A DNA stretch of 64,000 nt from the NCBI GenBank assembly GCA_947259975.1, contig CAMYOD010000077.1, positions 81,999 to 145,998 of the forward strand. The letters are read 5' to 3'. Shown here in pieces: positions 60,164 to 64,000 of this stretch. The position numbers and the translations under genes are program-made. Source of the DNA: an uncultured Gammaproteobacteria bacterium. GTDB lineage: Bacteria > Pseudomonadota > Gammaproteobacteria > HyVt-429. The notes beneath the pieces are model-generated. The model made no database searches, was not told the origin of the DNA, and saw only the letters and a list, made by a program, of their open reading frames with translations. Every line of letters begins with the position of its first letter. Positions within the stretch are counted from its first letter, which is position 1.

Positions 60164-61636
60164 TTGAGTTCCACGACCATTATCCCTGTGATCCTGTCGG
60201 GTGGTTCGGGCACGCGCCTGTGGCCGTTGTCCCGTGAGCTATATCCGAAACAATTTCACGCTCTGGTGGGTGAGCAGACGCTGCTGCAGGCGACGGCAGC
60301 GCGCCTGCAGGGGATGGGTGATGTTTCAGCGCCCATCATTGTCTGTAACCATGAACATCGGTTCATGGTGGCCGAGCAACTGCGGCAAATGAGTATTGAG
60401 CCTGCTGCGATCTATCTGGAACCGGAGGCCCGAAACACGGCGCCAGCGGCGGCCATCGCCGCACTGGCTGCACTCGAAATGGATACGGATCCCATCATGC
60501 TGGTTTTGCCGGCGGACCACATCATTTCGGATCCGCAGGCGCTGCATGCCGCAGTCACGACGGCAGCGGAATGGGCACGTAGTGGCTACATGGCGACCCT
60601 CGGCATTCGACCAATTGAGCCCGAAACTGGCTATGGCTATATCAAGCAGGGCGCATGCCTGCAGCGCTCCGCAGACGGGGACAATACGGGATCGACAAAT
60701 GCAGATAAATCGGTCCTGCCGATCTTTGAAGTGGAGCAATTCGTCGAGAAGCCGGCTCTGGATGTCGCAGAACGTTATCTGGCATCGGGGAATTACCTAT
60801 GGAACTCCGGCATGTTCGTTTTTAGTGCGACGCGTTACCTGGAGGAGCTCACCACACACCGGCCTGAGGTCGTAGAGGCCTGTCGTGGCGCCATGGCGGA
60901 TGCCCAGGTTGATCTTGATTTCGTGCGGATCGACGCGGCGGCGTTCAGTCGTTGTCCAAGTGATTCGATTGATTATGCTGTCATGGAACATTGTCAAAGA
61001 GCCGTCGTGGTCCCTTTGGATGCTGGCTGGAGCGATGTGGGGTCGTGGTCGAGTCTTTGGGATGTGGTGCGCCAGGATGACAACGGTAATGTCATCGTCG
61101 GTGACGTCATGTCCGTCGATGTGCGGGACTCCTATATTCATGCGCAAGATAGGCTGGTGGCTGGCATTGGACTCGATGAACACGTAATTGTAGAGACGAG
61201 CGATGCGGTCTTGGTGGCGCGCAAGGATCGCATGCAGGACGTGAAACAGATTGTGGAGCAACTGCGGTCTGCCGATCGTGAAGAGCACCGGGTTCACAAG
61301 AGGGTGCGTCGTCCGTGGGGTTCCTATGAATGTGTCAACATGGGTGAGCGCTTCCAGGTGAAGAAGCTGGTAATCAATCCAGGCGCGAAACTTTCACTGC
61401 AATTTCACAAGCACCGTGCCGAGCATTGGGTCGTTGTCCGGGGTGAAGCGAAAATAATTCGCGGCGAAGAAACACTAACACTGGGCGAGGATCAATCGAC
61501 CTACATCCCGCTCGGTGCTATGCACCAGCTGGAAAATGCGGGCGATGTGCCGCTCGAGGTGATCGAGGTCCAGACCGGTTCCTATCTCGGCGAGGACGAT
61601 ATCGTGCGTCTTGAGGATCGATACGGCAGGGCGTAA
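60164..61636 (+). CDS. manC: Mannose-1-phosphate guanylyltransferase / mannose-6-phosphate isomerase
   Basis: ILSGGSGTRLWPLSR..PKQF, EP..RNTAPA, ADH, FVEKP, SIDYAVME, WSDVGSW and the RPWG cupin. Probable TTG start at 60164. Confidence 0.95.
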   Translation: MSSTTIIPVILSGGSGTRLWPLSRELYPKQFHALVGEQTLLQATAARLQGMGDVSAPIIVCNHEHRFMVAEQLRQMSIEPAAIYLEPEARNTAPAAAIAALAALEMDTDPIMLVLPADHIISDPQALHAAVTTAAEWARSGYMATLGIRPIEPETGYGYIKQGACLQRSADGDNTGSTNADKSVLPIFEVEQFVEKPALDVAERYLASGNYLWNSGMFVFSATRYLEELTTHRPEVVEACRGAMADAQVDLDFVRIDAAAFSRCPSDSIDYAVMEHCQRAVVVPLDAGWSDVGSWSSLWDVVRQDDNGNVIVGDVMSVDVRDSYIHAQDRLVAGIGLDEHVIVETSDAVLVARKDRMQDVKQIVEQLRSADREEHRVHKRVRRPWGSYECVNMGERFQVKKLVINPGAKLSLQFHKHRAEHWVVVRGEAKIIRGEETLTLGEDQSTYIPLGAMHQLENAGDVPLEVIEVQTGSYLGEDDIVRLEDRYGRA

Positions 61637-61788
61637 CAAGTTGGATGGCGCGCGCGTGGTGTGGCGGGTAACTTATTGATTATCCGAGGTAATACGGATC
61701 CGGCGGTAGGGGTGAAGCTGAGTGCAGCATTTTTTTCGGGCGACCGTCGCGACGTCCATGGAGCAGGTCGTTGAGGTCAAGCCCGAAT

Positions 61789-62340
61789 ATGGCAACGCCA
61801 GCCGAGGTCATTTCCGTATTGGAGCACGCGGACTGTCTCTACGATGAAGCCGCGGTCGAAGGCGTGCTTGATACCATGGCGATCGACATCGACCGCCGCC
61901 TTGGTGACCGCAATCCCTTGGTTATATCGATTCTGCTCGGCGGATTGGTGGTGTTTGATCGCTTGCTCTCACGCCTCAGCTTCCCGCTTGAAATCGATTA
62001 TCTTCATGCATCCCGTTACCAGGGCGCGCTTACGGGCGCCGAATTGCAGTGGTTGGCGGGACCTTATTCGGACCCCAGGGCGCGAACCGTCCTGCTGATC
62101 GACGACATTCTCGACGAAGGGATTACGCTGGCGGCCATCGAAAAGCGGTTTATCGAACTGGGTGCTGCTGAAGTCTTTAAGGCAGTTCTGGTACAGAAGC
62201 AACGTCCGCGCAACATCGAGGTGAGCATCGACTTTCTTGGCTTGGAAGTGCCAGATCGGTATGTATTTGGCTATGGCATGGACTATCGGGGCTATTGGCG
62301 TAATTTGCGCGGCATATATGCAGTCGGGGAGGATGGATGA
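61789..62340 (+). CDS. hpt: Hypoxanthine-guanine phosphoribosyltransferase
   Basis: LLIDDILDEGITL PRPP motif and PDRYVFGYGMDY..RNL. Confidence 0.9.
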   Translation: MATPAEVISVLEHADCLYDEAAVEGVLDTMAIDIDRRLGDRNPLVISILLGGLVVFDRLLSRLSFPLEIDYLHASRYQGALTGAELQWLAGPYSDPRARTVLLIDDILDEGITLAAIEKRFIELGAAEVFKAVLVQKQRPRNIEVSIDFLGLEVPDRYVFGYGMDYRGYWRNLRGIYAVGEDG

Positions 62341-63101
62341 GTTCATTGGCTGTAATCGGCGGTAGCGGTTTGACTCGATTTGAGGGCGTGACTGTGACCC
62401 ACCGTGAAGTAGTGCGCACTCCCTATGGTGAAACCTCGGGACCGTTAATCTTCGGCGACCTGTCCGGCAATGAAATCGTTTTTCTGGCGCGTCATGGATA
62501 CGGACACACGATTCCGCCGCATCTGGTTAATTATCGTGCCAATCTATGGGCATTAAAGGAAGCCGGTGTCGAAAATATCATCGCGGTGAACGCCGTGGGC
62601 GCAATTAATGTCGAGCTTGCGACCGCAACTTTGGTTACTCCGGACCAGATCATCGACTATACCCATTCCCGTGAACACACTTTTTTTGATGGACAAAACG
62701 ACCCTGTGATGCATGTCGATGTGACTGAGCCCTATTGTGCGCAACTGAGAGAACTGCTGATTGAGGCAGCAGACGAAGCGGAGATTGAGATTGCGCATAG
62801 CGCAACGTATGCGGCAACACAGGGCCCGCGTTTTGAAACTGCCGCGGAGATCGAACGCCTCGCGCGCGACGGTGCCGATATCGTGGGAATGACCGGCATG
62901 CCGGAAGCGGCGCTCGCACGGGAGTTGCAGTTTTGCTATGCCTCGCTCGCGGTAATTGCTAACCCTGCGGCCGGGCGCACGGATTCCGGGATCGAGTTGG
63001 CCGATATCGAACAAGCCCTGCGCGCGGGTATGCTCAAGGTGCTTGCCGTACTTCGGCAAGCGATCCCGCTGGCGACGACACGACTCGGTATTCAGAACTA
63101 G
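62337..63101 (+). CDS. mtnP: S-methyl-5'-thioinosine / MTA phosphorylase
   Basis: IGGSG, TPYG, RHG..H..PPH.VNYRAN, GPRFET.AE, GMT.MPE..LARE and N.AAG motifs. Confidence 0.9.
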   Translation: MSSLAVIGGSGLTRFEGVTVTHREVVRTPYGETSGPLIFGDLSGNEIVFLARHGYGHTIPPHLVNYRANLWALKEAGVENIIAVNAVGAINVELATATLVTPDQIIDYTHSREHTFFDGQNDPVMHVDVTEPYCAQLRELLIEAADEAEIEIAHSATYAATQGPRFETAAEIERLARDGADIVGMTGMPEAALARELQFCYASLAVIANPAAGRTDSGIELADIEQALRAGMLKVLAVLRQAIPLATTRLGIQN

Positions 63102-63120
63102 CCGCCGGTAGTGATGCGAG

Positions 63121-63702
63121 TTATTTCTTTGCCGGAATCAATGCCACGAGTGCACCGAACTTGGGATGGTCGAAATAGTGTACTTGCTTCGGCCGTAAGC
63201 GTATTTTCTGACTAATCGTAAATCCGGATTCGGAGTCGTAGATCGAGGTCGGCCACGTGTTACCTGCCGATTGAGATGTGATCCCGTCGGGAAAATAATT
63301 CAGCGCCAGGTCAAGCTGCAGAAACCGCGCCTGATAGAAATGTGCGGTGCCTTCAAGTGAAGACGAGGCGTCGGTGATCCGGACTGGCCGGGACTGTTTT
63401 TTACCCGCCGATTCCTGTTGCCAGCGCTGGCGATGTAGAAGTCGATAGTCGGCATTGGCGCGCAATAACTGAACTGCGGTATCAAGGTGCCAGCCGCTAG
63501 CGTGCACCCGTTCGCCGGTGGCGGCCGATGACAGAGCGGGCAAATCACTGGCACGAAGGAACACCTCTCCCGCACTCGTATCGGGCCCGGTATTCTCGAA
63601 TACGACCAGTTCGATTATGTAGTCTTTGGCTTGCGCCGCACTGGTCAGAATCAGGCCCAGTACGGTAATAATCAATCTCAAATGTGACGTGTATCCACGC
63701 AT
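63121..63702 (-). CDS. CsiV-like exported (peptidoglycan-binding) protein
   Basis: Signal peptide (..SAAQA/KD), YIIELVVFE, YRLL...W.Q and HYFDHPKFGALV. Confidence 0.75.
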   Translation of the reverse strand: MRGYTSHLRLIITVLGLILTSAAQAKDYIIELVVFENTGPDTSAGEVFLRASDLPALSSAATGERVHASGWHLDTAVQLLRANADYRLLHRQRWQQESAGKKQSRPVRITDASSSLEGTAHFYQARFLQLDLALNYFPDGITSQSAGNTWPTSIYDSESGFTISQKIRLRPKQVHYFDHPKFGALVALIPAKK

Positions 63703-63789
63703 GGATAATTTACCCGGTTTTTCGATGCAGTTGCGCCGGATCGGAAGTATGTCGGAAATCGCAGCGGAATTCGAGGCAAGACGAGGCTA

Positions 63790-64000
63790 ATGGCAGTACG
63801 GCCAGTATTGAAGATGGGCGAGCCGCGACTTTTCGAAGTGAGCGAGGCCGTGTCGGAAGAAGAGTTTGAAACCGTTGAGCTGCGTTCACTTATCGCGGAT
63901 ATGTTCGATACCATGGCCGCGCTGGAGGGGGCGGGACTCGCTGCGCCGCAAATCGGCATATTGAAACGGGTCGTAATCTTCGGCGTGGCTGAGAATTCGC
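63790..64000 (+). CDS. def: Peptide deformylase (3'-truncated by window end; absent from the ORF track)
   Basis: Translates as MAVRPVLKMGEPRL...LIADMFDTM..GAGLAAPQIG, the PDF motif 1. GAGG RBS upstream. Confidence 0.9.
   Translation, partial: MAVRPVLKMGEPRLFEVSEAVSEEEFETVELRSLIADMFDTMAALEGAGLAAPQIGILKRVVIFGVAENS

Noticed and set aside
61702-61709. GGCGGTAG resembling the RfaH ops element
   Set aside because: It lies downstream of the polysaccharide locus, before hpt, and lacks the following nnT and any JUMPstart context.

Overview
About 61.6 kb of this window (1-61636) is one co-directional (+ strand) surface-polysaccharide biosynthesis locus from what appears to be a gammaproteobacterium. 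It is followed by housekeeping genes: hpt, a methylthioinosine/MTA phosphorylase, a CsiV-like protein and a truncated def. The left half holds three separate CMP-ulosonic-acid modules, each followed by its own large orphan GT-B-like ORF. (1) A NeuC/NeuA module with a ThDP enzyme and two dehydrogenases. (2) A complete pseudaminic acid pathway (pseB, C, F, G-H fusion, I) flanked by AAC(3)-like, FabH, ACP, methyltransferase and DUF4910 genes. (3) A KdsA homologue with an altered substrate loop (KDCRS instead of KANRS), a NeuA-type CMP-synthetase and an RraA/HMG-aldolase. A CDP-6-deoxysugar pathway is split across 18 kb. The right half has an EpsG/Wzy-type block, cysC, rmlBA, a Wzm/Wzt ABC exporter, a sulfotransferase, a WbdD-like methyltransferase-kinase, multidomain GTs, a GT2-SDR-SDR triple fusion, WbpL/WbpM-like genes and manC. 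The best candidate for undescribed biochemistry is module 3. No RNA genes, mobile elements or CRISPR arrays were seen. All calls come from motif recognition by eye; no database search was run.
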